Assembly: GCA_046757525.1 (NCBI GenBank)
Contig: JBHHYI010000044.1
Coordinates: forward strand, 1 to 26,529
Length of the DNA: 26,529 nt
Source: a bacterium
Lineage (GTDB): Bacteria; Zhuqueibacterota; Zhuqueibacteria; Oceanimicrobiales; Oceanimicrobiaceae
Direction of reading: 5' to 3'
Shown here: positions 18,230 through 26,529 of the stretch, piece after piece
How positions within the stretch are numbered: the stretch's first letter is position 1
Layout: the number at the start of each line of letters is the position of its first letter
Program-made: the position numbers and the translations under genes
Notes under the pieces: model-generated
Seen by the model: only the letters and a program-made list of their open reading frames with translations
What the model was told of the DNA's origin: nothing
The model's database searches: none

Positions 18230-18576
18230 ATTTTTCCTCTTCTTGTCTTGATAAAACAAGATGTTAGATATGGCCTATCTTTACCTACGCCAACCAGCCA
18301 TAAAGTACACAAAATCTCTTTTTGATTAATCCCTTCAACTTCATATTCAACACGATATATTTTGCCAAAATCATTTTCTTGTTCTTTTGTAACTTCACCG
18401 GATTCAGCGGATTTCAAAACTAATTCCTTTAGCTTCACACTATTTGCTTGCGTAATCCCAAGTGCTTTCCCAAAGACTTTAGCTTTGTGCTTTCCATCTG
18501 GATGAAATGGATTTAAGCAATAATCTTCCAACTTCCCCTCGGGAATGACAGCCTTTGCTCCGTCAGGCAATTTCAC
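18226..18576 (-). CDS. DUF6883-like protein (putative toxin)
   Basis: KLPDGAKAVIPEGKLEDYCLNPFHPDGKHKAKVF..ALG...FG..Y...W......PYLTSCF; AT-rich relative to flanks. Confidence 0.8.
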   Translation of the reverse strand: MKLPDGAKAVIPEGKLEDYCLNPFHPDGKHKAKVFGKALGITQANSVKLKELVLKSAESGEVTKEQENDFGKIYRVEYEVEGINQKEILCTLWLVGVGKDRPYLTSCFIKTRRGKI

Positions 18577-18599
18577 TATTACTAATATGTTTAGAGTTT

Positions 18600-19784
18600 C
18601 TACCGCTCAACAACCACCGCTGACGCCTCACCGCCGCCGATGCAAAGCGTTGCCAGACCTCTCTTTTTGTCATATCTTTTCATGGCGTAGAGCAGCGTGG
18701 TGAGGATTCTGGCGCCACTGGCGCCAATGGGATGGCCCAGGGCCACGGCACCGCCGTGCACATTGACTCTGTCCATGTCCAGGCCCAACTGTTCTCCGAC
18801 CGCCAGATTCACCACGGCAAAAGCTTCGTTGATTTCAAGCAGGTCGATGTCGGCCAGCGTCAGATTGGATTTGTCCAAGATCAACTTGATGGCATCTGCC
18901 GGAGCGGTGGTAAACCACTCAGGCGCTTTGGCGGCCGAGGCCTGGCTTACGATGGTAGCGAGCGGTTCTATGCCCAGGCGTTCTGCGCGTTGCCTGGACA
19001 TGACCACGCAAGCGGCAGCTCCGTCGTTGAGTGAGGAAGCATTGGCCGCGGTCACGGTCCCGTCTGGCTGGAACGCCGGTCGGATGGTGCGCATTTTCTC
19101 GAAATTTGCCCGCTGCGGTTCCTCGTCTTCCGCTACAACGATTGGGTCGCCTTTCCTCTGTTTGATCTCAACCGGAACGATCTCCTCGGCAAAGTAGCCA
19201 TTCCTGGTAGCCTCCAGGGCCTTTTGGTACGATTTAATGGCAAAGTCGTCCTGAGCTTCTCTGGGCACATGGCATTCTTTGGCGCACAGTTCTGCAGAGT
19301 TGCCCATGTGGAAATCGTTGTAAACATCCCAGAGGCCGTCCTTAATCATGCTGTCGATGAGCTGCCCGTGGCCCAGCCGGTAGCCGGCCCGGGCTTTGTC
19401 CAAAAGATAGGGCGCGTTGGACATGCTTTCCATGCCGCCAGCAACCACGATATCGGCATCGCCCACCATAATGGCCTGCGCTGCCAACATGACCGATTTT
19501 AAGCCGGAACCACAGACCTTGTTGATGGTCATGCACGGCACGGAATTGGGGATGCCGGCGCCCAGGGAGGCTTGCCGGGCTGGCGCCTGCCCCACACCAG
19601 CGGTCAGCACCTCCCCCATGATCACCTCGCTCACGTCCGCGCCGGTGATTTGCGCCCGCTCGAGCGCCTCTTTGATCACAAGGCTACCCAACTGTGGCCC
19701 GGTCAGCGAACTCAGGGCGCCCTGGAAAGTGCCTATCGGCGTTCTACACGCACTTGCAATAACGACTTCTCTTAACTCAGCCAT
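18600..19784 (-). CDS. atoB: Acetyl-CoA C-acetyltransferase (thiolase)
   Basis: NKVCGSG, EINEAF, GHPIGASG, CIGGG catalytic motifs. Confidence 0.94.
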   Translation of the reverse strand: MAELREVVIASACRTPIGTFQGALSSLTGPQLGSLVIKEALERAQITGADVSEVIMGEVLTAGVGQAPARQASLGAGIPNSVPCMTINKVCGSGLKSVMLAAQAIMVGDADIVVAGGMESMSNAPYLLDKARAGYRLGHGQLIDSMIKDGLWDVYNDFHMGNSAELCAKECHVPREAQDDFAIKSYQKALEATRNGYFAEEIVPVEIKQRKGDPIVVAEDEEPQRANFEKMRTIRPAFQPDGTVTAANASSLNDGAAACVVMSRQRAERLGIEPLATIVSQASAAKAPEWFTTAPADAIKLILDKSNLTLADIDLLEINEAFAVVNLAVGEQLGLDMDRVNVHGGAVALGHPIGASGARILTTLLYAMKRYDKKRGLATLCIGGGEASAVVVER

Positions 19785-19814
19785 GATGGAAAACTCCCAC
19801 TAATAAGAATTTCA

Positions 19815-20654
19815 TCACATCTCGATTTTTTCAATTTGTGGCTTACCCTCGACCTCTTTCAAATATCCTGCTTTGATTCTTGGCGCATGTTCAAATATCA
19901 AGAGCCAGTGTTCCTCCAACGCTTGCTCGAGCACCCTTTCTTTCATTTCCATGGTGGTTTTCGGATAGAGATCATACGCCATGACATACGGTGTCTTCAG
20001 ATGCGAACTCGTCGGCACCAGATCTGCCAGGAAACAAGCGGTCTGACCGTCCGAATGAATCCGAACGATTTGGTGATCTCGCGTGTGACCGCCGGTCACA
20101 AAAACCTCAACGCCGGGCACGATTTGCTGATTCCCCGAAATCAACTGCACCTGGCCCGCCTGTTCCAGGGGTTCCCAGTTCCTGGCCAGATAGCTGGCCC
20201 TGCTGCGCGGGTCAGGCGCTTTCGCGTACGCCAATTCGCCGCTTTGCATGAAATACGTCGCATCGGGGAAGGTCGGACGGATTTCGCCAGCGACGTCTTT
20301 GAAGCAATTGCCTCCGCAATGATCGAAATGGAGGTGGGTCAAGATGACTTTGGTGATATCCGCAGCGCTAAGACCAACGTCCTCTAAACCCTGCAACAAG
20401 TTCACGGATTTGTCAATTCCAAACATATTGGCAAATTTCTCATCGAAATTGCTGCCAATGCCGGTGTCGACCAGGATCGCCTCGTCTGCACATCGAATGA
20501 GCAAACAATTAAGACCAAGCAGGATTCTGTTGGAGCCTTCATCCGGATTGGTCTTTTGCCACAGAACTTTAGGCACGACCCCAAACATGGCACCGCCGTC
20601 CAATTGGAACCTGCCGTCGCTCAGCACAAAAAGTTCAAATTCACCGAATTTCAT
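19815..20654 (-). CDS. YtnP-like metallo-beta-lactamase-fold hydrolase
   Basis: LDGGAMFGVVPK, THLHFDHCGG (HxHxDH), GGHT, ADL, FEH. Confidence 0.9.
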   Translation of the reverse strand: MKFGEFELFVLSDGRFQLDGGAMFGVVPKVLWQKTNPDEGSNRILLGLNCLLIRCADEAILVDTGIGSNFDEKFANMFGIDKSVNLLQGLEDVGLSAADITKVILTHLHFDHCGGNCFKDVAGEIRPTFPDATYFMQSGELAYAKAPDPRSRASYLARNWEPLEQAGQVQLISGNQQIVPGVEVFVTGGHTRDHQIVRIHSDGQTACFLADLVPTSSHLKTPYVMAYDLYPKTTMEMKERVLEQALEEHWLLIFEHAPRIKAGYLKEVEGKPQIEKIEM

Positions 20655-20712
20655 GATTGTTCTAGTGTCCTAAAATAAGAGAGGCGTTTAAGTCGCACCG
20701 AAAAATATTTCG

Positions 20713-21858
20713 TCAATTAGAAAACTCCTTCATGAGTTCCCGTGAGATGACCATGCGTTGAATTTCGGAAGTCCCTTCGCCGATGACCGTTAGTTTGGCG
20801 TCGCGCCAGTATCTCTCCACGGGGTAATCCTTGCAGAAACCATAGCCGCCGAAAATTTGAATGGCGTTCTTGGTAGCTCGCATGGCCATTTCAGAAGCAA
20901 ATAATTTAGCCATGGCAGCTTCTTTGGTGTAAGGCTTGTTCTGGTCGCGCAAGCGTGCGACATGGTGCACCATGAGGCGTGCGCCGTGAATTTCGGTGCC
21001 CATATCGGCGATCATCCATTGAATAGCCTGGAAGTCGGCGATGGGCTTGCCAAAGGCGGTGCGCTCATTGGCATACGCAGCAGCCCTTTCCATCGCTCCC
21101 TGGGCCAGGCCCACAGCCATGGCCCCGATACCGATTCTGCCGCCGTCCAGAGTGACCAGAGCCTGTTTGAAGCCGTCATTTTCCCGGCCTAACAAATTCT
21201 CCCTGGGGACTTTGCAATTCTCAATCGAAATCACGCGCGTATCAGAGGCGCGCACCCCCAGTTTATCTTCTTTCTTGCCGATCACAAATCCCTCGGAACC
21301 CTTCTCGACAATGAAAGCAGAAATACCACGCACGCCTTTTTCCGGATCGGTTTTGGCAAAAACCACGAACGTGTCAGCCACACCGCCATTGGTCACGTAA
21401 ACCTTGTTGCCGTTGAGCACGTAATGATCGCCTTCAACCACCGCCGTAGTCCTGGCCGCACCAGCATCGGAACCCGAGCCCGGCTCAGTGAGGCAAAAGC
21501 TCCCCAGAGATTCCCCGCTGGCCAGCGGCGTAAGGTATTTTTGCTTTTGCTCCTCGGTTCCAAACAGATAAATGGGCGTGGCACACAACGAAGTATGCGC
21601 CGCAATGGTCAAACAGGTGGAGCCGCAAACTTTGGCTATCTCTTCCAACGCGAGCACAAAGCTGAGAGTGTCCATGCCTGCGCCGCCGTACTGCTCAGGG
21701 AACGGAATTCCCAACAGGCCCAACTCAGCCATCTTTCTGATATTGTCCCAAGGAAATTCACCGGTTTCGTCAATCTCTGCTGCCTTGGGCTCGAGCTCAT
21801 TTCTGGCGAATTCTCGCACCATATCTCGCAGCATCAATTGCTCCTCAGAATATTCCAT
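20713..21858 (-). CDS. Acyl-CoA dehydrogenase
   Basis: CLTEPGSGSDA, GRIGIGA, QIFGGYG, IGEGTSEIQR; ATG at 21858 with AGGAG RBS. Confidence 0.95.
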   Translation of the reverse strand: MEYSEEQLMLRDMVREFARNELEPKAAEIDETGEFPWDNIRKMAELGLLGIPFPEQYGGAGMDTLSFVLALEEIAKVCGSTCLTIAAHTSLCATPIYLFGTEEQKQKYLTPLASGESLGSFCLTEPGSGSDAGAARTTAVVEGDHYVLNGNKVYVTNGGVADTFVVFAKTDPEKGVRGISAFIVEKGSEGFVIGKKEDKLGVRASDTRVISIENCKVPRENLLGRENDGFKQALVTLDGGRIGIGAMAVGLAQGAMERAAAYANERTAFGKPIADFQAIQWMIADMGTEIHGARLMVHHVARLRDQNKPYTKEAAMAKLFASEMAMRATKNAIQIFGGYGFCKDYPVERYWRDAKLTVIGEGTSEIQRMVISRELMKEFSN

Positions 21859-21929
21859 CAGCAACTCCTATCATTGAAGTACGTGTGTTGTCAATCTTTT
21901 TCTCTACGAAAAAAGGGATCATCGAACGC

Positions 21930-22718
21930 CTACTTCCCCTTGTACTCCGGCGTCCGCTTCTCCTTAAACGCCCGAAGACCCTCGAGCCGGTCTTCCGTTG
22001 GGATGATATTTTGGTAGCATTCCCGTTCCAGTTGCAACCCCTCTTGCAAGCTTTTGTCCAGGCCAGCTTTGATCGCGCGTTTTGCCTGTCGCACTGCCAG
22101 AGGCCCGTTCTTAGCAATATCCCGAGCAATTTCCTGGGCTGTGGCCATGAGCTCTGCCTGGGAAACCACGAAATTCACGGCGCCCTGCCTCAGAGCTTCC
22201 TGGGCCGGAAACAGGCGTGCGCTGGTGATCCACAAAATAGCATGGCTCGGTCCGATCAATCGGGTCAATCGTTGGGTGCCGCCCGCTCCGGGTAGAATGG
22301 CCAGGGCCGTCTCGCGCAGCCCCACTTGCGCCGAATCTACCAAAACTCGTATGTCGGCCGCCAGAGCCACCTCAAAGCCACCGCCCATGGCGCTGCCCTG
22401 CATGGCCGCAATGGTTGGCACAGAAATCTTTGCCAGTTTATTCATGGCACGCCCAATGTTGCGTACCGCCGGCGCAACCTCTGCTTCGGGCATTTCCATG
22501 CGCTCCTTGAGATCGGCGCCGGCGCAAAAATATTTGCCTTCTGCCGTGATGATCGCTGCTCGCACGGTGCCGGCATCGGCGGCTTTTTCAATCATCTTTG
22601 CAGCCTGTGCCAGCTCGGCAACCAGTTCCCGATTTAACGCGTTAACTGGTGGCCGATGGATCGTCAACAAACCGATGAAATTGTCAATGTTGAAGGTTAA
22701 ATAGTTGAAATCGATCAT
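21930..22718 (-). CDS. Enoyl-CoA hydratase/crotonase family (methylglutaconyl-CoA hydratase-like)
   Basis: FCAGADLKE, GGGFEVALAAD, ETALAILPGAGGTQRL, EDRLEGLRAFKEKR. Confidence 0.93.
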   Translation of the reverse strand: MIDFNYLTFNIDNFIGLLTIHRPPVNALNRELVAELAQAAKMIEKAADAGTVRAAIITAEGKYFCAGADLKERMEMPEAEVAPAVRNIGRAMNKLAKISVPTIAAMQGSAMGGGFEVALAADIRVLVDSAQVGLRETALAILPGAGGTQRLTRLIGPSHAILWITSARLFPAQEALRQGAVNFVVSQAELMATAQEIARDIAKNGPLAVRQAKRAIKAGLDKSLQEGLQLERECYQNIIPTEDRLEGLRAFKEKRTPEYKGK

Positions 22719-22753
22719 TTCTTCTTTTCAAAGAATTCCTGTGAAGCCGCGGC

Positions 22754-23014
22754 TTAATTTTCGACGAGTTTAACGCCAAACTTCCCTTCCTTCAATCTTT
22801 TGCTCATATAGTGATATTGCAACTCCAAAAGCGGTCGAACGTCGAAATACTCCTGGCGAGCACGGACTTCGAAATCACACCTTTGGTCATCCACATCGCT
22901 AAATTTATGCACCGCACCTGAGACAAAGGAACCAAATAAATAGACGACGGCAACGTTTTTTCCCCCTGAGAAATATTCTTGTAATACCTTAGTTATTCCC
23001 TTTTTATTAGGCAT
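22754..23014 (-). pseudogene. Internally deleted MNT (MntA-like) nucleotidyltransferase
   Basis: YLFGS..G.....SDVD runs directly into the family's C-terminal helix (R.DFE...EYFD); the central part with the third Asp is absent; no HEPN partner follows. Confidence 0.7.
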
Positions 23015-23049
23015 TGTTGCTGCGTGGGTTTGTAAAATTCGATATTTGT

Positions 23050-24624
23050 TCAGCCCGCCTTGATCTTGCGAATGCCGTAAATGTCTTGCAATTCAGTATC
23101 CGAACCGCGGTCGGGGATGTCTTTAATGGAATCCAATCCCTCTGGCAGAGGCAAGACGTAGCGCACCGGCTGAACCGTGCCATCCTTCTTAACGGTCCTT
23201 TCGACGAACTTGCATTTTAGAACCGAATGTTCAATCCAAATATCATCCTCAACGATGCTGCCAAAGATATAACTCGTGCCTTTGATCACCACATTGTTGC
23301 CAATGCGAGTGGGGAACTCGTCGCTGCCGGTAATGTTCACGCTGGATTCAATTTGACAGTTTTCGCCGATCTCCAGACTTCCCTTGATGATATCGCTTTG
23401 GTAGATCTCCGTGTTCTGCCCAATCTTCATTTCTTGATGGGCATAGGTGCTCAGATGGACATTTTCCTGAATTCGAACACCTTTGCCGAGTACGATGCGC
23501 CCGGAAAGATGCGCCTGATTGCCGATGCGTACGCCCTTGTTCATTTGCACGTCTTTGCCGATATAGGCGCCCTTGCCAATCACGATGTCCAACGGTGCAT
23601 GTTTTTTGTCTAACTCGACAATTTGATCGACCACCTCGTAGGCGATAAAAAAGTCATCCTTGTCCTGAATGGTAATGATGTCTTTCAGTCTGTCGTAAAC
23701 ACGTTCGCGGGCTATGTTGCCCATCTCCTTTAGAACGCTCTTGACATTAAAGCCCAACACGGTGCGATTATCCCTGGCCTGGCAAGCTTTAACCGTCATC
23801 TGGTTCTGGTTAAAAATGCTGATGAGATCGGTAATGTACAATTCGCGTTGAACGTTATCAGCTTCTAACTTGTCGATATGGGATCGGAGTTGATCGGCTT
23901 TGAAAGCGTACACACCGGTGTTGAATTCCGGGATGTTTAACAGCACCTCCCTGGTGAATCCATAGGTTCGACCCTTGTATTGAATTCGATAAGTTTCGTT
24001 TGCTTCTAAAGCCAAAATGTCTTTATGTTCCCTGATTTCAATGACTTTCTCGAAGTCATCACCAGAAGAAGTGCAGTCGACATCTGTTTCTGGAACCCTC
24101 AGAATGCGCCCATAGGTATTGTTGGCAGGATCCCCCTCGTACACCCCGGTGAGCACCATCATATCACAGCAGTTCTTCATAAAATGCTTTTTTAAACTCG
24201 CCACAACATCGGCAGTTAACAGTCCCATGTCACCCGGAAACACAAAAACGTTGCCCGAAAAGCTGTCCGCGGGAAGGTTCTGGAGGGCAATCCGCACGGC
24301 ATCTCCGGTGCCGTTTTGCTCGGCCTGGTAGGCAAAAACTCGGTGCGGGCAATGCCCCACCGCTTCGGCTACCGCCACGGCTTTAATTCCCACAACGATG
24401 ATTTGATTGTCGCTTCCCAGCCCCTGCTTAACTGCCTCGGAGACACGCACCACCGTTGGAACTCCCCAGACTTCGTGCAGCATTTTTGAAGTTTCGGATT
24501 TAATGCGCTTGCCGTGACCGGCAGCCAGTATGATGGCCACATCTTGCGCTTGCAGGTCAATTTCAGAGCTTAGAGCTTGCAAACGGCCAAGGATTTCAGG
24601 AGTTGCTTTAGTAAATAGATTCAT
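23050..24624 (-). CDS. GlmU-like sugar-phosphate nucleotidyltransferase with left-handed beta-helix tail
   Basis: IILAAGHGKRIKS..SKMLH, QNGTGDA, YGRI, EFNTGVY, N.Q.ELYITD; hexapeptide repeats (IGKGAYIGKDV, IGENCQIE). Confidence 0.82.
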   Translation of the reverse strand: MNLFTKATPEILGRLQALSSEIDLQAQDVAIILAAGHGKRIKSETSKMLHEVWGVPTVVRVSEAVKQGLGSDNQIIVVGIKAVAVAEAVGHCPHRVFAYQAEQNGTGDAVRIALQNLPADSFSGNVFVFPGDMGLLTADVVASLKKHFMKNCCDMMVLTGVYEGDPANNTYGRILRVPETDVDCTSSGDDFEKVIEIREHKDILALEANETYRIQYKGRTYGFTREVLLNIPEFNTGVYAFKADQLRSHIDKLEADNVQRELYITDLISIFNQNQMTVKACQARDNRTVLGFNVKSVLKEMGNIARERVYDRLKDIITIQDKDDFFIAYEVVDQIVELDKKHAPLDIVIGKGAYIGKDVQMNKGVRIGNQAHLSGRIVLGKGVRIQENVHLSTYAHQEMKIGQNTEIYQSDIIKGSLEIGENCQIESSVNITGSDEFPTRIGNNVVIKGTSYIFGSIVEDDIWIEHSVLKCKFVERTVKKDGTVQPVRYVLPLPEGLDSIKDIPDRGSDTELQDIYGIRKIKAG

Positions 24625-24633
24625 AAGAAATAA

Positions 24634-24807
24634 TTATTTACTTACAGTCTCAAATGAAAAGTGTAAATGTTTATCTGTGGGTACAGAGTAATTAAGTTTC
24701 TCAAAGCCAATTACTGTTTCCTCACAGATATATTCATCCTGTGGGTTGCCAAACCAGACTGTCAAGGTAGTCCCCTGACGGTCATAAAATACTCTCACTT
24801 TGTCCAT
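24634..24807 (-). pseudogene. DUF2283-like small protein, apparently internally deleted (not in ORF track)
   Basis: My translation: MDKVRVFYDRQGTTLTVWFGNPQDEYICEETVIGFEKLNYSVPTDKHLHFSFETVSK*. The family-like 'YD..G..L.VWF' and 'VIGFEKLN' segments are joined without the usual middle strand. Confidence 0.6.
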
Positions 24808-24863
24808 GTTTCGTAATATGTTTCCGAAATATACGAACTAGGTTTTCTATGAAAAACCTGAAT

Positions 24864-25100
24864 CTAAGGATTCACTTCCTCGAAATCGCGTTTTTGAATT
24901 GGCAGTGAAATTACTTTGCGTCCACTTTTCTTTTCCTGCTCTTTTAAATCATTGTAAATCGCTTGCAAATCAAACCCAGAACGACGATATTCCCACCACT
25001 CGTTGGTAATCTGTTGCTGGGCTGCAACAATCAAATTTCTGCTTGATTGACCTACAAGATAGCTAATCAGACTCGTTTCAACGTAAACCTTCGGCTTCAT
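24864..25100 (-). pseudogene. Chimeric remnant: PIN/VapC toxin N-terminus fused to the C-terminus of its small partner
   Basis: MKPKVYVETSLISYL...SRNLIVAAQQQIT.EWW...FDL resembles a PIN-family start; QAIYNDLKEQEKKSGRKVISLP resembles the end of the short gene that usually follows such PINs. Confidence 0.65.
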
Positions 25101-25168
25101 GAACCCAATTTACTTTGGCTTATTTCAACATGTCATAACATAGCTTTGATACAATTAAAACTAAACCT

Positions 25169-25197
25169 AATCTAACAAAACTCTGACTAATAATCAA
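25169..25197 (-). promoter_or_regulatory. Putative sigma70-type promoter
   Basis: TTGATT-N17-TAGATT, about 70 nt upstream of the PIN remnant. Confidence 0.45.
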
Positions 25198-25237
25198 TTT
25201 ATTTTGATGTTGCGAAATAGGTCTAAACCAGGAGTCG

Positions 25238-26529
25238 CTATATCTTCATTTTGACTTGATCCTCAGTCAATACTTTTTTAAAATTGACCAAAAATTCTCC
25301 AAAAGTTGCTGCAGCCATTGAAGTTAAATTTTTGGTAATGCTCATATACGAACCATACGGAACCTTTAAATAAAGCCAATCCTCACCTGTTAATTCAGAA
25401 GCGTCTTTACACCATTTTTCGGCCCTGGCATCTTTTAATGTCACGTCATCCTGCTCCCAGCCTTTCGTCTCAATCAACCACATCATAATTCCTTCTCGCG
25501 TTTTCTGTTCAGCGATAAAATCAGGATAGTAATAAGCTACTGCGCCCTTGTGATTGATATATTCAATAGAAAACTTTGTATAGGTTTCAGCAAGTTTTAC
25601 AAATTTGGTAATATCATTCGCCTGATCCAGAAACTCCGCAAAATGTTTCTCAAAATCATTAAAGCACGCGGTAATATTAAAAATGGTTTTATCCAACTCA
25701 ACCCACATTCGTTTCCAGTAAAATCCATCTAATTCAGACAAGAGCAATGGATTGCTCTTCATCTGAACTGTGGTTTTGGTGATACTTTTATCACCAATTG
25801 CTTTGGCAAGTGTTTTAATAATTTCTGCCGTGTTCCGGGAATCTGTTAATAGTCTTCTGATTTTCTTATTGTCCAGGTCTACTTCTTGACCGAAAAAGAC
25901 ATCTTTTAAATATTTTCTCAATAATGGATAAACTACCGCAAAGTGTCCGTCTATCCGTGCTTCTTTGCAAATCCTGTTGGTTAAATTGATTAAAATCTCG
26001 TTAATCTCCGGCACGGCTTCATCAATGGTTACTTTCTTCTGGGCGACTATTTTTTGTGTGACCGTTTCAACCAATTCCACCTTGTTGATGACTCCTTCAG
26101 TTACTTTCAAGCCCCTTGGATTCGGTGGTAATTGGGCAATGAATGACGAATCCAGCCCGTTTATTTCACGAGTGTAAGATGGCGTCAACAGCGGAATTTC
26201 AATATCATAGTCTGCTTTGGCTTTGTGCGGAAAAACATATTGCCCCATGTCCGGCGTTTGACGAGTATAGCCAACACCGACACCTTCAATCTCCAGTTGC
26301 TTTACAAATTCCTCAAATTTTTGAGTGCCGATGATCTCTACAATCTGAATATAATCCGGACCCACTTCTTTCATTAAGCGCAGCCCGCGACCGACAGCCT
26401 GCTCCGGAAGAATATTGGCTTTCGCTGTGAAAGGTCTTAAACCCAGTATCACCGAAACTCCACGAACATCCCATCCCTCACGCAGCATCATGACACTAAC
26501 AATGGCTCTTATTTTATTCTCTGGTAGGT
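25238..26529 (-). CDS. Type III restriction enzyme Res-like SF2 helicase/endonuclease (3' part, 5' end outside window)
   Basis: Frame open to the window edge (...KIRAIVSVMMLREGWDV, motif V; EQAVGRGLR, motif VI); C-terminal PD-(D/E)xK nuclease YYPDF...LIETKG; AT-rich. Confidence 0.88.
   Translation of the reverse strand, partial: LPENKIRAIVSVMMLREGWDVRGVSVILGLRPFTAKANILPEQAVGRGLRLMKEVGPDYIQIVEIIGTQKFEEFVKQLEIEGVGVGYTRQTPDMGQYVFPHKAKADYDIEIPLLTPSYTREINGLDSSFIAQLPPNPRGLKVTEGVINKVELVETVTQKIVAQKKVTIDEAVPEINEILINLTNRICKEARIDGHFAVVYPLLRKYLKDVFFGQEVDLDNKKIRRLLTDSRNTAEIIKTLAKAIGDKSITKTTVQMKSNPLLLSELDGFYWKRMWVELDKTIFNITACFNDFEKHFAEFLDQANDITKFVKLAETYTKFSIEYINHKGAVAYYYPDFIAEQKTREGIMMWLIETKGWEQDDVTLKDARAEKWCKDASELTGEDWLYLKVPYGSYMSITKNLTSMAAATFGEFLVNFKKVLTEDQVKMKI

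Noticed and set aside
9029..23613. Many long plus-strand ORFs antisense to topA, secA, hbd, thiolase and hydratase
   Set aside because: Shadow ORFs arising from the codon bias of well-conserved minus-strand genes.
25120..25145. Possible dif site (ATTTCAACATGTCATAACATAG)
   Set aside because: Does not fit the 11-6-11 XerC/XerD arm layout; more likely a small operator palindrome or chance.
1..26529. CRISPR array, tRNA, rRNA, IS transposase
   Set aside because: No regularly spaced direct repeats, cloverleaf, rRNA motifs or transposase ORF seen.

Overview
Bacterial chromosomal window in which every supported gene is on the minus strand. The long inserted SecA, UpxY-type antiterminator and gene style suggest an FCB-related lineage such as KSB1/Calditrichota; this is inference. 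In transcription order (right to left) it holds: the 3' part of a type III restriction Res-like helicase/nuclease; decayed toxin-antitoxin cassettes; a GlmU-like NTP transferase; an acyl-CoA/branched-chain catabolic cluster (enoyl-CoA hydratase, two acyl-CoA dehydrogenases, MBL hydrolase, thiolase, 3-hydroxybutyryl-CoA dehydrogenase, ilvE) interrupted by a DUF6883/DUF4926-like pair; nusB, secA, smg/DUF494, topA, xerC, hpf, hprK and mannose-family PTS IIA/IIB without IIC/IID; then the start of a polysaccharide locus (unknown helical protein, NDP-sugar epimerase, UpxY/NusG paralogue, SLBB export protein, Wzc-like protein). The most interesting unexplained signal is regulatory. The polysaccharide locus is flanked and interrupted by three large foldable spacers (4008-4242, 2795-2937, 1494-1787), an ops-like element, and a duplicated promoter module, next to a UpxY with an Arg-rich tail. 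Also notable are three TA remnants that each appear to carry an in-frame deletion, a four-Cys insert in SecA, and two REP-like palindromic doublets. All folding was done by eye and family calls rest on recognised motifs, not database searches.
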